The notes beneath the pieces were generated by a model. The model was not told where the DNA came from, searched no databases, and saw only the letters and a program-made list of their open reading frames with translations. Shown in pieces: positions 1 to 11,436 of a stretch of DNA of 34,931 bases. Position 1 is the first letter of the stretch, and each line of letters starts with the position of its first letter. The position numbers and the translations under genes are program-made. The DNA is taken from NCBI RefSeq assembly GCF_001194135.2, contig NC_068984.1, positions 121,596,002 to 121,630,932 on the forward strand. Reading direction: 5' to 3'. The stretch is from Octopus bimaculoides. Its lineage: Eukaryota.

Positions 1-284
1 ATATATATATGCGAGTAAAAATAAATACAAAAAAGGTGGGGTTTTTTTGTATGATTGTGTATAGAGGAATATATTATTTTGCTTAAAAGAGTTCCAACAC
101 TGTCTGTTTTTTATGTTTTATTTATATTCCTGCAGAACTAATGTGGGGTATAGAATATGGAATATACAATATATAATATAATATACAATATACAATATAA
201 AATAAAATAAAATAAAAATGGATGGCACCATGAAAGAAAGTATTGAATGTAGATGAAATATTGAGTGTTCAATATAAAGGATCA

Positions 285-550
285 AATATATAAATATATA
301 AATATAAATATATATATATAAAGGCTATATATATATATATATACATACACAAACACACATACATATATATATATATGTATATACATATATGTGTGTATGT
401 GACTCAGGCTTACAGACACACAAATGTATATACTTATGCACACATACATACACATGCGTATATACACACATATATAGTTACACACTGAAATACTCAAGCA
501 TAACATGTACTGAAACACACACACACATACACACAAGTACACACACAGAT
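285..550. repeat. (TA)n/(CA)n microsatellite
   Basis: Directly visible. Confidence 0.95.
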
Positions 551-827
551 ATCAGTGCAATGGCGAATTATCTGTTATTACTTGTTCTCAGAGATAGTGC
601 CATGTAAGATGGTAGGAGCGAGAGCTCAGGGATATATTGAAAAATAATTCAGTTAATAAAGAGAACCCTAATTAGTTTTGCTGGTAATTTGTAAGAAATT
701 ATTCTTTGGATCTTAGATTAGTATACAAGTTGAACTTGCCTCTGCCAAGCAGGCTGTGAGCTAGACACATGGATGGACAGCTGGTTAGTAGATAGATGAG
801 ATGAACATTGATAAGTATGCTGACAGG

Positions 828-879
828 TAGGTAGGTAGGTAGGTAGGTAGGTAGGTAGGTAGATAGATAGATAGGTAGG

Positions 880-927
<48 letters not shown>

Positions 928-930
928 CAA
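828..930. repeat. (TAGG)n/(TAGA)n compound tetranucleotide microsatellite
   Basis: Directly visible. Confidence 0.97.
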
Positions 931-1054
931 GCAGAGAGACAGATAGAAAAAGAGACTGATAGATAGAAGACAGTTTGAATGATCAGTGGATAGGCACCGA
1001 AATAGACACTTGAATGCTTACAGAGGTTCAATGGACAGATAAATGGTTAGCTGT

Positions 1055-1365
1055 ATACATACATATATGTATGTATGTATGTATGTATGTATATATGTAC
1101 ATATGAATACATGCATGCATGCATGTATGTATGTATGCATGTATGTATGTATGCATGTACATATGTCATTATTCAGTTTATTTCAAGATTTCTTGTCAAT
1201 AGAGAAAGAACCAGTTTCTAATTTAGATCCAAGGTTCCTTCATTGGAATTTCAACATCAACAACAGGGTATTTTTGTTTGTGTGTATGTATGTATGTATG
1301 TATGTATGTATGTATGTATGTATGTATGCATGTATGTATGCATGTATGTATGTATGTATGTATGT
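1055..1365. repeat. Two (TATG)n microsatellite blocks (about 1055-1165 and 1280-1365)
   Basis: Directly visible. Confidence 0.95.
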
Positions 1366-1665
1366 CATTGTTCAGGCATGCACGAATGTGTGTATATTTG
1401 CATGCAGTATGCCAACCAAGACCTTTGCAACTCTAGATTGTGAATTGTTATATGCCAGCAATTTTCGTCCTATGGTTCACTCAAAACGAGGTATTCAGAA
1501 AATAATGAATCTTTCTTATTGCTTGTGCCTGTACCAAGGGATGTAGTGGATTCTTTGTTGTAACATGCAGCTCTGCCTCCAGGAATGGATCCTTAGATTC
1601 TGAAATAAACTTAATGATTGAGAATGCTTCAGTTGCATATGGGACACTGGAGAAGTAAATCTCAA
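1200..1665 (+). mobile_element. Decayed RTE-clade LINE, reverse transcriptase C-terminal part (interrupted by a (TATG)n microsatellite)
   Basis: Hand translation gives PTKTFATLDCELLYASNFRPMVHSKRGIQKIMNL, a decayed form of RTE ..ELLFADDCALVAHS...LQ..MN. It then gives SRNGSLDSEINLMIENASVAYGTLEK, matching RTE ..LD.EI..RI.KAS.AFG.L. Confidence 0.7.
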
Positions 1666-1668
1666 CAG

Positions 1669-1907
1669 ATGATATGCTAAGAAGTTTGATTCCTAGCCAA
1701 AAGGTTCCAGGTTCAGTTCCACAATGTGGCACTTTCTGCAAGTGTCTTCGATTATGCCCACCCAATACCTTGTGAGTGGATATAGTAGACAGAAACTGAA
1801 AGAAGCCCATCATGTGTGTGCGTGTGTATGTGTATGTGTGTGTGTGCATGTGCATGCATGCACGTATGTGTGCGAGTGTGTATGTGTGCATATGTGTATG
1901 CGCGTGC

Positions 1908-1945
<38 letters not shown>

Positions 1946-2178
1946 ATGTGTGTGTGCGTGCCTGTGTTTGTCCCCACTACTGTTTGACAAAAGATCTTTG
2001 TGTATTTACATCGCTGTAACATAGTGGTTCAGCAAAAGAGAATGATAGAATAAGTACCAGGCTTTAAAAAATTAAGCAAATTAAGCACTGGGGTCAGTTT
2101 ACCCAATTCGAATTTCTTCAAGGCAGTGCCCCAGCATGACCACAGTCTCATAACTGAAACAAGTAAAAGATAAAAGAT
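1669..2178 (+). mobile_element. SINE family A (tRNA-like head, CORE-like block, internal TG microsatellite), diverged copy inserted in the RTE
   Basis: Shares ggttcag..ccac..gtggcac, gtgagtggat...agaaactgaaagaagccc and ccagcat.gcc.cagtc...actgaaacaagtaaaaga with the copies at 7180, 15745 and 21418. Confidence 0.85.
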
Positions 2179-2189
2179 TAATACTGTTT

Positions 2190-2500
2190 ATTGTGATCAA
2201 CCACAAGGAACAGGAAGGAATGGTGGTCGATTAAGAAGAACAGCCTGTAGTTTGAGAAAATTCAAATTGCTCATCAAATAGTGAAATGTAATACTTCAAA
2301 ATCAGCAGGATGTTAAAGTTCTGCATGGTAGATTACCCAGAGACAGTCTCACATGCATAGCCTGTGGTTGCATTACACTTTCAGAAGCCAGACATGTCAT
2401 CCATGAAAGGTCACATATCAGGAGACCGACAGAGGATGCTTACATTCACACAGCTCCAGCAACACTTGCACTGTTGTACTTTATGTCTATAAATGCACTC
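2190..2500 (+). mobile_element. Decayed RTE LINE 3' end (continuation of 1200-1665)
   Basis: Translates, with frameshifts, to ..GGRLRRTA..LRKFKIAHQ.. and ..ACGCITLSEARHVIHERSH, resembling the C-terminal Cys/His motif of RTE ORFs. Confidence 0.55.
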
Positions 2501-2727
2501 ACCCACTATTTGGGATGGAAATCCATTCTGGATGAATGCACAGGAGTGTGTTGATATTACACTTGACAAAATTTTGTATTAGATTTATCACAAAAATTTA
2601 AATCTATATCAGAGCGTAAGTAATTATCTGAGGTCCTTGATAGAAAAGCTACAAAACCTCTGTTACAAATATATATGTCTGTAATGTGAAAGTGGTTATA
2701 CTTAAAATAGAGTGAATGACCAGCATT

Positions 2728-2731
<4 letters not shown>

Positions 2732-2793
<62 letters not shown>
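2732..2793. repeat. (TG)n running into an assembly gap
   Basis: Directly visible. Confidence 0.97.
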
Positions 2794-3563
2794 NNNNNNN
2801 NNNNNNNNNNNNNNNNNNNNNNNNNNNNNNNNNNNNNNNNNNNNNNNNNNNNNNNNNNNNNNNNNNNNNNNNNNNNNNNNNNNNNNNNNNNNNNNNNNNN
2901 NNNNNNNNNNNNNNNNNNNNNNNNNNNNNNNNNNNNNNNNNNNNNNNNNNNNNNNNNNNNNNNNNNNNNNNNNNNNNNNNNNNNNNNNNNNNNNNNNNNN
3001 NNNNNNNNNNNNNNNNNNNNNNNNNNNNNNNNNNNNNNNNNNNNNNNNNNNNNNNNNNNNNNNNNNNNNNNNNNNNNNNNNNNNNNNNNNNNNNNNNNNN
3101 NNNNNNNNNNNNNNNNNNNNNNNNNNNNNNNNNNNNNNNNNNNNNNNNNNNNNNNNNNNNNNNNNNNNNNNNNNNNNNNNNNNNNNNNNNNNNNNNNNNN
3201 NNNNNNNNNNNNNNNNNNNNNNNNNNNNNNNNNNNNNNNNNNNNNNNNNNNNNNNNNNNNNNNNNNNNNNNNNNNNNNNNNNNNNNNNNNNNNNNNNNNN
3301 NNNNNNNNNNNNNNNNNNNNNNNNNNNNNNNNNNNNNNNNNNNNNNNNNNNNNNNNNNNNNNNNNNNNNNNNNNNNNNNNNNNNNNNNNNNNNNNNNNNN
3401 NNNNNNNNNNNNNNNNNNNNNNNNNNNNNNNNNNNNNNNNNNNNNNNNNNNNNNNNNNNNNNNNNNNNNNNNNNNNNNNNNNNNNNNNNNNNNNNNNNNN
3501 NNNTTTTAACAGATATATTTGCCAAAATTACATAAAAATATCTTGAAATACTAAAGAGTAAAT

Positions 3564-3985
3564 TTATGTAATAAAATCGCCATTGGCTTCAACCACGGCA
3601 TCCAGACGACTTCAGAATCTCCTGCAACTGTTCCAGATGGTTTCCTTGTTTAAGTTGGTGAATGATGTCATAATCCTTGCCTTCAGTTCATCTTTGGTGT
3701 TACATGGAGTTTTGTTGGTCTCTCACTCAACTGTGCCCCACACATAATAATCAAGGGGGTTGCAGTCTGGAGAGTTAGGTGGCCAGATGTTAGGGGTATT
3801 GTGGTCACAGAAATTATCGGACAGCCATGACTGGGTTCTCCTGCTTGTGTGGCATGGTGCAGAGTCCTGTTGCCAGACATAGGGTCTTCCAGCAGCTACC
3901 CTCGTGACTCAGGGCAGCACTACCTCCTCCAAGCACTTAATGTAGGCCTCTGTGTTGGATCTGAGGCCATGTTGGAAGATGAGGA
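3564..3985 (-). mobile_element. Tc1/mariner transposase remnant, DD37D (maT-type), C-terminal part with internal stops
   Basis: Minus strand reads YIKCLEEVVLP*VTRVAAGRPYVWQQDSAPCHTSRRTQSWLSDNFCDHNTPNIWPPNSPDCNPLDYYVWGTVE*ETNKTPCNTKDELKARI...RLDAVVEANGDFIT*. There are 37 residues between the QQD and NPLD aspartates, and three in-frame TGA codons. Confidence 0.92.
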
Positions 3986-4099
3986 AGTGTAGTAGTGTGA
4001 GTTAGTAGGGATGCGAGGTGTTGGTGTGTTTAATCATATTGTATGATTGTATGTGTATGTAGAAACCTTGGAAGTGAGGAGGTGAGGATAGTTATATGG

Positions 4100-5690
4100 T
4101 GAATAAGAAGACAAGCGGAATCATCAAAATATATGCAAGGGTGTGTGTGTGAGATGCTTTTTTTGTCACTATATTTGTAGGCTTTTTTGCCACCATATTT
4201 GTAGGCTTTTTTGCCACCATATTTGTAGGCTTCAAGAAATATGCTGTTTTGACCCAGAGTTTCCCATATGCTATTTTGTTGTAACTTGGACAGCAATAAG
4301 CTTAGGTTCATTTAAAAGTTGTACTATTTCTGGGTTTTGTGAAATTGATGGAAGAATATCCTACAATTTTGAATCAGTAATCGAACCATTTCAAAGTGTT
4401 CCTTCCTTTTTTGTAAAATCTAATTTTGTTTTTCAGTTAGCAATTTTTTACCATTAGCAGTCATGACAGGATGTAAACCAGTCTATAAACCTCCTTTTGC
4501 AAATCTTAATGTCCTTTCTATCTGCTGCAAATTGAATCTCTGTAGCTTAGTGTGTCCACTTAACTACTATCATACTTGTTAGAGACTTTACTACTGGTCT
4601 TTTCATCTCAATGTAGGTCATCTTTGTAACTCGTCATTTTCCTTGGATGTTGAAGTTTTGCGTAAAATATGGAATATAAGAGAGATTTCAAGGTTGTTCT
4701 TGTTGAACCAATCCTGATGATGGTCGTTACCAAGCAGTCTGAGTTCAAGTATTTCAAATGAAGCAGAATATGTTGCTTCCTTGGAGCACCTCCAACTTTC
4801 TGTAATAATTATATTTGACTCTTGCATCTAATTTATCTGAGAGTTCATGTTCTTTATCCTCACTCTTGAGTGCTTGGCATTTACACATCTGGAAGCTTTT
4901 TTTTTTTTTTCCACATTATTGTTTTTCTGAAATTTTGAAAGCTATTTTTCCACACAGGAATGATCCAACAGTCAATAAGGGGTGTGTGGAATGCACACAC
5001 AAAGAAAAAAATTTCATTTTTTTGTGGGGGAATGATGGAATGATTTTGTAATAAATTAAATCCTATTCCTTGTGAAATGAAGATACATCAAAGTTGTTTT
5101 ATAGTTATATGGTAGCTGAAACAGTGTATTTGTGAAAAGGAGTTCAAGTTCATTACAAAAGAAAATTAGAAGCAGCCCATTGCTATTCATTTTGTCTACA
5201 TTGTGTTTACTGATCACTCTAGACCAAGTATTAGAATCAGAACCCATTTTCACAATAAAATCTCTAAGCCGTAGCAGAGATTTTAAAGATAACAGAATGT
5301 AAACTATTCTTTGTTGTGTTATTATGCGACATTATTGGAGCATAGCATTTTATTAGATATGGTGAATTCTCCTCCTTCAGAGCCACTGTTAATGTCATAA
5401 TGTGATCACCTCAACCATGGGGAAGTGATAATGGTTGTTTAGTAATGGTAGGTTTTACTGCAAACCCAATACCAGGTGACCTAGTTTCATCTTCTTCCTT
5501 GCTTATCCAATTAAAAGAGTAATTTCCTCTTAATTCTTCTAGTTGACTACTCCAGGAAAATGTGTTTCAGCAATATCAGTGTTGTATTTGTTTAAAATTT
5601 GTGAGGCAAGAACTGTTTTTCTCCCGAAACAAAAGCCATCACCCAGTAGAGTTTTCTCATTCTAAGATCTAACATTAAATTTCCTTTTCA
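4100..5690 (-). mobile_element. Decayed RTE/BovB-type LINE: APE endonuclease, linker and start of RT
   Basis: Minus-strand peptides in the expected order: NVRS..KTVLASQILNKYNTDIAETHF; GIGFAVK; DHIMTL..CYAPIM; GSDSNTWSRVISKH..MNSNGLLLIFFCNELELLFTNTLFQLP..KTT; HQDWFNKN; GQNSIFLEAYKYGG. Confidence 0.88.
4171..4232. repeat. 24-bp tandem repeat, about 2.6 copies (atatttgtaggcttttttgccacc)
   Basis: Exact units at 4171-4194 and 4195-4218, and a partial unit at 4219-4232. Confidence 0.95.
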
Positions 5691-5944
5691 TAGTGTTCTA
5701 AAAATTATATGTAATGTTTCAACTGCTAAAAATGGAAAACTAGTGGAGATACAATGATTTGACAAGCTTGAACATGAGTATGAAATTTATGGAGCTTCTT
5801 TTATTGCTCTTCCTCATTTGAAGAAAACTGTGTTTATGCCTGAAAAAGCCTGTTGTGTTGCCATAGGAGGACACAGGCTGGATAAGTACTCATGGATATT
5901 CTTATAGTAGAACAGCTATCACCTGAATGTCACCACTATGCAGA

Positions 5945-6140
5945 ATAATGGCTGAATCTTGTTGAGAGTACATTTTACCATCCAAAAAGGCAAAAAGGAT
6001 GGATACATTGGAGAATGTAGTCATATATACTTTATGTGTGAATAAAAGATAGATGAGATGATTATAAATAGAACATCCTTGATTATAGTAGGTCTGCTCA
6101 GTTAGGCTAACTTAAGGCAAAACAACAACAACAATAACAA
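5945..6140 (+). mobile_element. Short interspersed repeat family F ((AAC)n-tailed), diverged copy
   Basis: ggatacattggagaatgtagtc...taggtctgctcagttaggctaacttaaggcaaaacaacaacaac matches the copies at 14972 and 16339. Confidence 0.6.
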
Positions 6141-6302
6141 CACCATTTCGTAAGAAAATACTACAAACGTTACTTTGTTGTTAATGTTCATACTATTTTG
6201 TAGCACAAACACCACAGCTGTACTGTGTCCATGTCAAAGACACTCATGTCTCAGTTACCCAATCCAATTAGGGGCAAATATGTGCCATAGGGAGGATCTA
6301 TT

Positions 6303-6722
6303 TTTTAACACCATTTCAAGCGTGGCTGTTGATCGTTACCAACGTCGCCTCCCTGGCACTTGTGCCAGTGGCACGTGAATAGACATTCAAGCGAGATCGT
6401 TGCCAGTGCCACTGGACTGGCTCCTGTACAAGTGGCACGTAAAATACACCATTCTGAGCATAGCCATCGCCAGTACCGCCTGACTGGCCCTCATGCCGGT
6501 GGCATGTAAAAGCACCTACTCAGAGTGGTTGGCGTTAGGAAGGGCATCCAGCCATAGAAACCATGCCAAATCAGATTGGAGCCTGGTGTCGCCTCCTGGT
6601 CCACCAGTCCTCAGTCANNNNNNNNNNCCTGGTGTCGCCTCCTGGTCCACCAGTCCTCAGTCAAATCGTCCAACCCATGCTAGCATGGAAAGCGGACGTT
6701 AAACGACAATGATGATGATGAT
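6303..6722 (+). mobile_element. RTE LINE 3'-UTR fragment with (ATG)n tail (family C)
   Basis: Ends ccaacccatgctagcatggaaagcggacgttaaacgacaatgatgatgatg, the reverse complement of the ends that run into RTE coding sequence at 29081 and 30160. Confidence 0.9.
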
Positions 6723-6744
6723 GAAGTATTTCATAAGTAACAAA

Positions 6745-6985
6745 CGTTTTGTAGTTATTGCTTTTCTTTAGCCACAGATCAGCCCTGATCATGCAAACCT
6801 ATGAACAAAGACAGTTTAGTCATAATCACTTTTCCAGCTTGCCTTTTTTTTTATGCCTCGGCAATATATTCAGGACTACATTATTAAATCACTTTTTTTT
6901 TTTTAAAGATGTTAGAGTGTAATTTGATTGAGATTTGGACTGCTATTTCTAACAAGTCAAGCAGCCACATAAAAGTTCCCTCATT
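6745..6985 (-). mobile_element. Family F repeat
   Basis: tttagccacagatcagccctgatc and gatttggactgctatttctaacaagtc are reverse complements of family F motifs. Confidence 0.7.
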
Positions 6986-7179
6986 GATTCATAATGTTTA
7001 TTAGCTTTCAGTACTGATTTCAATTCATCATATTGGCACACAGCCTAGAGGAGAATGAGTCTTGTTATGTTTCCTTGCCCATGTGTATTGGATGATATGC
7101 AGGGGGATTCTTCTAAACCTGATGGAAATAGCAACTTAAATTTTCCTCAAACTATACCCCTCAATACGAAAAAAAAATA

Positions 7180-7600
7180 GGCTCTGTGGTAAGAAGATTG
7201 CTTCTCAACCACATGGTTCTGGGTTCAGTCCAACTGTGTGACACCTTGGGCAAGTGTCTTCTACGATAGCCTCAGCCTGACCAAAGCCTTGTGAGTGGAT
7301 TTGATAGACAGAAACTGAAAGAAGCCCGTCGTATATATGTATGTATGTATGTATATATTTATGTGTGTGTGTCTTTGTGTCTGTATTTCTTCCCCCACCA
7401 TCACTTAACAACCGATATTGGTGTGTTTACAGTCCCTGTAACTTAGCAGTTTGGCAAAAGGGACCAATAGTATAAGTACTAGACTTCCAAAGAATAAGTC
7501 TTGGAGTTGTTTTCTTTGACTAAGAAAACCCTTTAAGGTGGTGCTCCAGCTTAGCCGCAGTCAAATGACTGAAACAAATAAAAGAATAACAGAATAAAAG
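7180..7600 (+). mobile_element. SINE family A, near full length
   Basis: Head ggctctgtggtaagaag, B-box-like gggttcagtcc, CORE-like gtgacaccttgggcaagtg, tail gactgaaacaaataaaagaata. Confidence 0.9.
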
Positions 7601-7833
7601 GATCATGGCTGGAATGTCTTTAATTATAAGTTTATCTGATCAGAGCCAACCTGAGCCCAACCAACAATAACAACAACAAGTATATGCAGACATATATATT
7701 CCATATCTTTGCTTGCAGTGAGCCAGTTAAGAAGAAAGACACTGCAACTTATGTGACTCACTTCTACCAACAGCAACATCATCACCACCAAGCCAAAGAG
7801 TGAACCTCTGTATGGTTGTTCGACCCACTAGAA

Positions 7834-8172
7834 CAGTGTTTCTCAACCTTCTTACCCTTGTGTAACCCTTAAAATAAATTACATGTCTCAAGGAATCCCT
7901 GCACAAAAAAAAAATTATATATCATATCTTGCTCATATTTTTGTCATCATAGTAAGTATATCCCCAGTGGTTGTTATATATTTTTGATAACAATAGGTTA
8001 GATAGGATGATGTCTATTTTACAATATTACAATAACCAATAATATGTTGTGTATGTATAGTAATATTATGATCATGAAATTGGCATTAGCTTATCTCACT
8101 CTTTCTCTTGGAATCCCTAAGAACCTTTTGCAGAACCCTAGGATTCCAGAGAACCCCGGTTGAGAAACGCTG
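7834..8172. mobile_element. hAT-type MITE inserted in a family F repeat
   Basis: 15-bp TIRs cagtgtttctcaacc (7834) and ggttgagaaacgctg (ends 8172). The 8-bp flanks cactagaa / taccagac match 5/8, consistent with a decayed TSD. The family F motif resumes across it. Confidence 0.8.
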
Positions 8173-8403
8173 TACCAGACAGAGCTGCCAAATATCCCCC
8201 AAATTACACCAGATGATGTTTTAAAAAAGGATACATAGTGCAAATCAGATCTACATTATCTTGAACCTGAAATCACTATAGATTGATGGTAGTTGGTATG
8301 CTCAATAATACCACTACTAATCCAAAGTGAGAGTTTCTATGTGGTTGTTCCACTGGCTAGAGATGGTTGCCAAATCTTCCTCAAATCATTCATAACCGTA
8401 TTA

Positions 8404-8873
8404 CCATGAATCCTCAAGTATAGTCTGCCCTTGAGTATAATACACAAGAAATTTTTAGGGGGCTGTACCTCTGAAAAACCTAAACCTTGTGTATAATACG
8501 CACCCCTTCTCTAACTTGAATCAAGGAAGTCTATATAAAGTCCTTGGTTTGTAAACATATATACAGTAACGTCCTTTATTATTATTGTATATATAACATA
8601 ATGCAAACGTGTAGCTTTTTTGTGCACTTTGCAGAAAATAAAGAAATAACAGTGAAAAATAAATATTAAGTAAATTGCCTTTACATATTTATTACTATCA
8701 GTTACAAGCCCGACATCACAAAATGCGTCTGAATAAACATTGTCGGACAGCAAATAGAGACTCGGACATTACTTAGAAAATATTTTTCTTTTCAACCTTG
8801 TATATAGTACTCACTAGGGATTTTGACCTTTAAATTTTGGGAAAAAATGCGGATTTTACTCGGGGATTTACGG
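8404..8873. mobile_element. pogo/Tigger-like MITE with TA target duplication
   Basis: Left end ta|ccatgaatcctcaagtatagtctgc. Right end gcggattttactcggggatttacgg|ta, whose reverse complement is ccgtaaatccccgagtaaaatccgc. Confidence 0.75.
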
Positions 8874-8897
8874 TAAATAAGGAAGGAAATATTAGAT

Positions 8898-9070
8898 AAT
8901 TCTTCCTACAATAGACCCAAGGCTTGAAATTTTAAGGGAAGGGGATAAACAATTACATTGACCCCAGTGTTCACCTGGTAACTACTTTATCAACCGCCAA
9001 AGATTGAAAGGCAAAGTTGACCTCAACAACATTTGAACTCAGAGCAGAGAACATAGACAATACCGCCTTC
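8898..9070 (-). mobile_element. SINE family B (tRNA-like head plus conserved central block), diverged
   Basis: attgaccccagtg...ctggta...tttatc.accg...gaaaggcaaagttgacctc...atttgaactcag. The reverse complement carries B-box-like gagttcaaat. Confidence 0.8.
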
Positions 9071-9074
9071 ACTT

Positions 9075-9303
9075 CCGTCCCCACCACCAGCAACCCAATC
9101 ACCACCACTACCACCATCATCGCCATCACCACCACAGAAGTGTCAGGAGGATATTGTCTGGCAGGATGGTTGTGGCACTAAAGCTGAATTTTTGACTCTA
9201 TTACATGTGGACATATTGTTCTAGATTTTTCAAATATACTATTATAATGATAATTGACTTATTTCCTCTTCATTATCATATCCTCATAGGCAAGGAACTT
9301 GCT

Positions 9304-9359
<56 letters not shown>

Positions 9360-9425
9360 ATGATGATGATGATGAGGATGATGGCTATCATCCTTATAAT
9401 CATTGTTACCACCAGACCACACCAC

Positions 9426-9468
<43 letters not shown>

Positions 9469-9578
9469 GTCGTCGTCTTCGTCGTCGTCGTCATAGTTGT
9501 CGTCATCGTTGTCATCATCATCATCATCATCATCATCATCTGCATTATCATCTGCATCATCGTCATCATCATCATCTG

Positions 9579-9627
<49 letters not shown>

Positions 9628-10440
9628 TGCATCATCGTCATCATCATCATCTGCATCATCAACATTATCATACTATCAAGACCATCCTCACCATCAGTAC
9701 CAACTCTGCCAGCATCACCCCCTTCTCTCCTCATTTTATCCCCCTCACTATCTCATCACAATCATCTCTCTCTCATTTCCATAGTCCCATCCCACCAACC
9801 ATCATCACCATCAGCATCTTCATCATCAACCACTACCAACACCACCACACCCATCACCCACCATCACTACTACTTACACCACCACTTACATCAGTGCCAC
9901 CATTCACTGCTACTACTATAACCACCAACACCACCAACATCATTATACTATCAGGATTGCTAGCATTACCAATACCATCATCATCATCATCATCATCATT
10001 ATCATAGCCACCACCAGCACCACCACCATCATCATCATCACCACCACACACCACCATCATCATCACCACTAATACCACCACAACCACCACCACCACAACC
10101 ACCACCACTAACATCACCATCACCACAACCACTACCTCAACCACCACCACAACCACCCCAATACCACCACAGTCACTGCCAACACCACCATAACCACTGC
10201 CAACGCCACTACCACAACCACCACCACAACCATCACCAACACCACCACAACCACCACCAACACCACCACAACCCCCACCTTTATCCTCCTCAGAATCATC
10301 ATCACCATCAATTCTCACCCCTTCTTTACCACACTACCATTATTCTCACTATGTCATCATCATCATCCTCATCATTATCATCATCATCCTCATCATCATC
10401 ATCAGCAGCAGCAGTAGCAGTAGCAGCAGCAACAGCAGCA
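9075..10440. repeat. About 1.4-kb mosaic trinucleotide low-complexity block ((CAC)n, (GAT)n, (CAT)n, (CAG)n)
   Basis: Directly visible. It accounts for the poly-His, poly-Met, poly-Ile and poly-Thr ORFs in the track. Confidence 0.95.
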
Positions 10441-10771
10441 TCCTCTTTATATATTTTGACACAGTAAAGATATTTCCTTCCCAATGCTTCTATCCCATCC
10501 TGGGAAAGTCCATTGCACTGATAAGGGCAGAACAGATGTGAGAGACTGCGATCAATGAAGCATGAATAAATAAATGATGAACATTCACTAGAGAATGACA
10601 TAAATCAGTTTCACCCTTGGCTCGGAGTTTTCTTTCTCTCTATTCACGATGTCATTTTAATATTGATTGCTTCATTAGGCTCAGTGATTCAGTTGAAACC
10701 ATTGTCGCCTCTCACTTGCAGTGTTTTGTACATATTCCAAACATGTAGTAGAGGATTAACAGGCATCAATG

Positions 10772-10822
10772 GTTGTTGTTGCTGCTGCTGCTGCTGCTGT
10801 TGTTGTTGTTGTTGTTGTTGTT
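10772..10822. repeat. (TGT)n/(TGC)n microsatellite
   Basis: Directly visible. Confidence 0.95.
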
Positions 10823-11436
10823 CAAACAATCCACAAGCCTTTTGTTAGTAAAAATGGAACAGAAAAAAAAAAGCAATTTTTAATTTAGATAAACCGGTTA
10901 AAAATTACTTTTTCTCAAAGCTCTGACATATCCGTTTGTTCGTTATGGCATACAATAATAATATTAATGATTTCTTTTATTTGTCACAAGGGCTATAGAT
11001 AATAATGACTAGACAAATATGTAACCGAAACCCCTAGGATTTATATTTCCTGTACACACAGTATGCAGGAAATAATACTTTTGAGCACTGCACACACATC
11101 TGATGTAGAGTACTTTTAATACAATAGAAACCATAAAATCAAAAGAACAACACTTCATGTACCAAAGGCACATAGAGCTGTACTTGGTTGTGTGGTGAAA
11201 GCAAACAATGAAAATAAGATTACTTAAAAAAAAAAAAGTAATAATAATGATTTCTAAAATAGGCCTAAGATCATAAATTTGAGAGAGTGAGAACAATCTT
11301 TTTAATTGACACTAATACTTGATTTGCACTTATTTTGCAAACAAAAGGATGAAAAAAAAAATTGATCCTAATGTATTTTAAACTCAGAGTGTAAAAAAAT
11401 ATCTAAATACTACTGGGCAATTTATCTCCTTTCTTA

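Noticed and set aside
282-2024. ORFs rich in CVCV, YVCM, THTH and IYLS
   Set aside because: They are translations of di- and tetranucleotide microsatellites.
6255-6300. Minus-strand DPPYG peptide resembling a methyltransferase motif
   Set aside because: It is a five-residue match with an A-rich acceptor and no supporting context.
6582-6663. Exact 36-bp direct repeat either side of a 10-N gap
   Set aside because: This is the typical unmerged contig overlap at a scaffold gap. Other family C copies have a single unit.
9276-10318. Poly-His, poly-Met, poly-Ile and Gly/Val-rich ORFs of up to 215 aa
   Set aside because: They are open in several frames on both strands because trinucleotide repeats lack stops. 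There are no splice signals or domain content.
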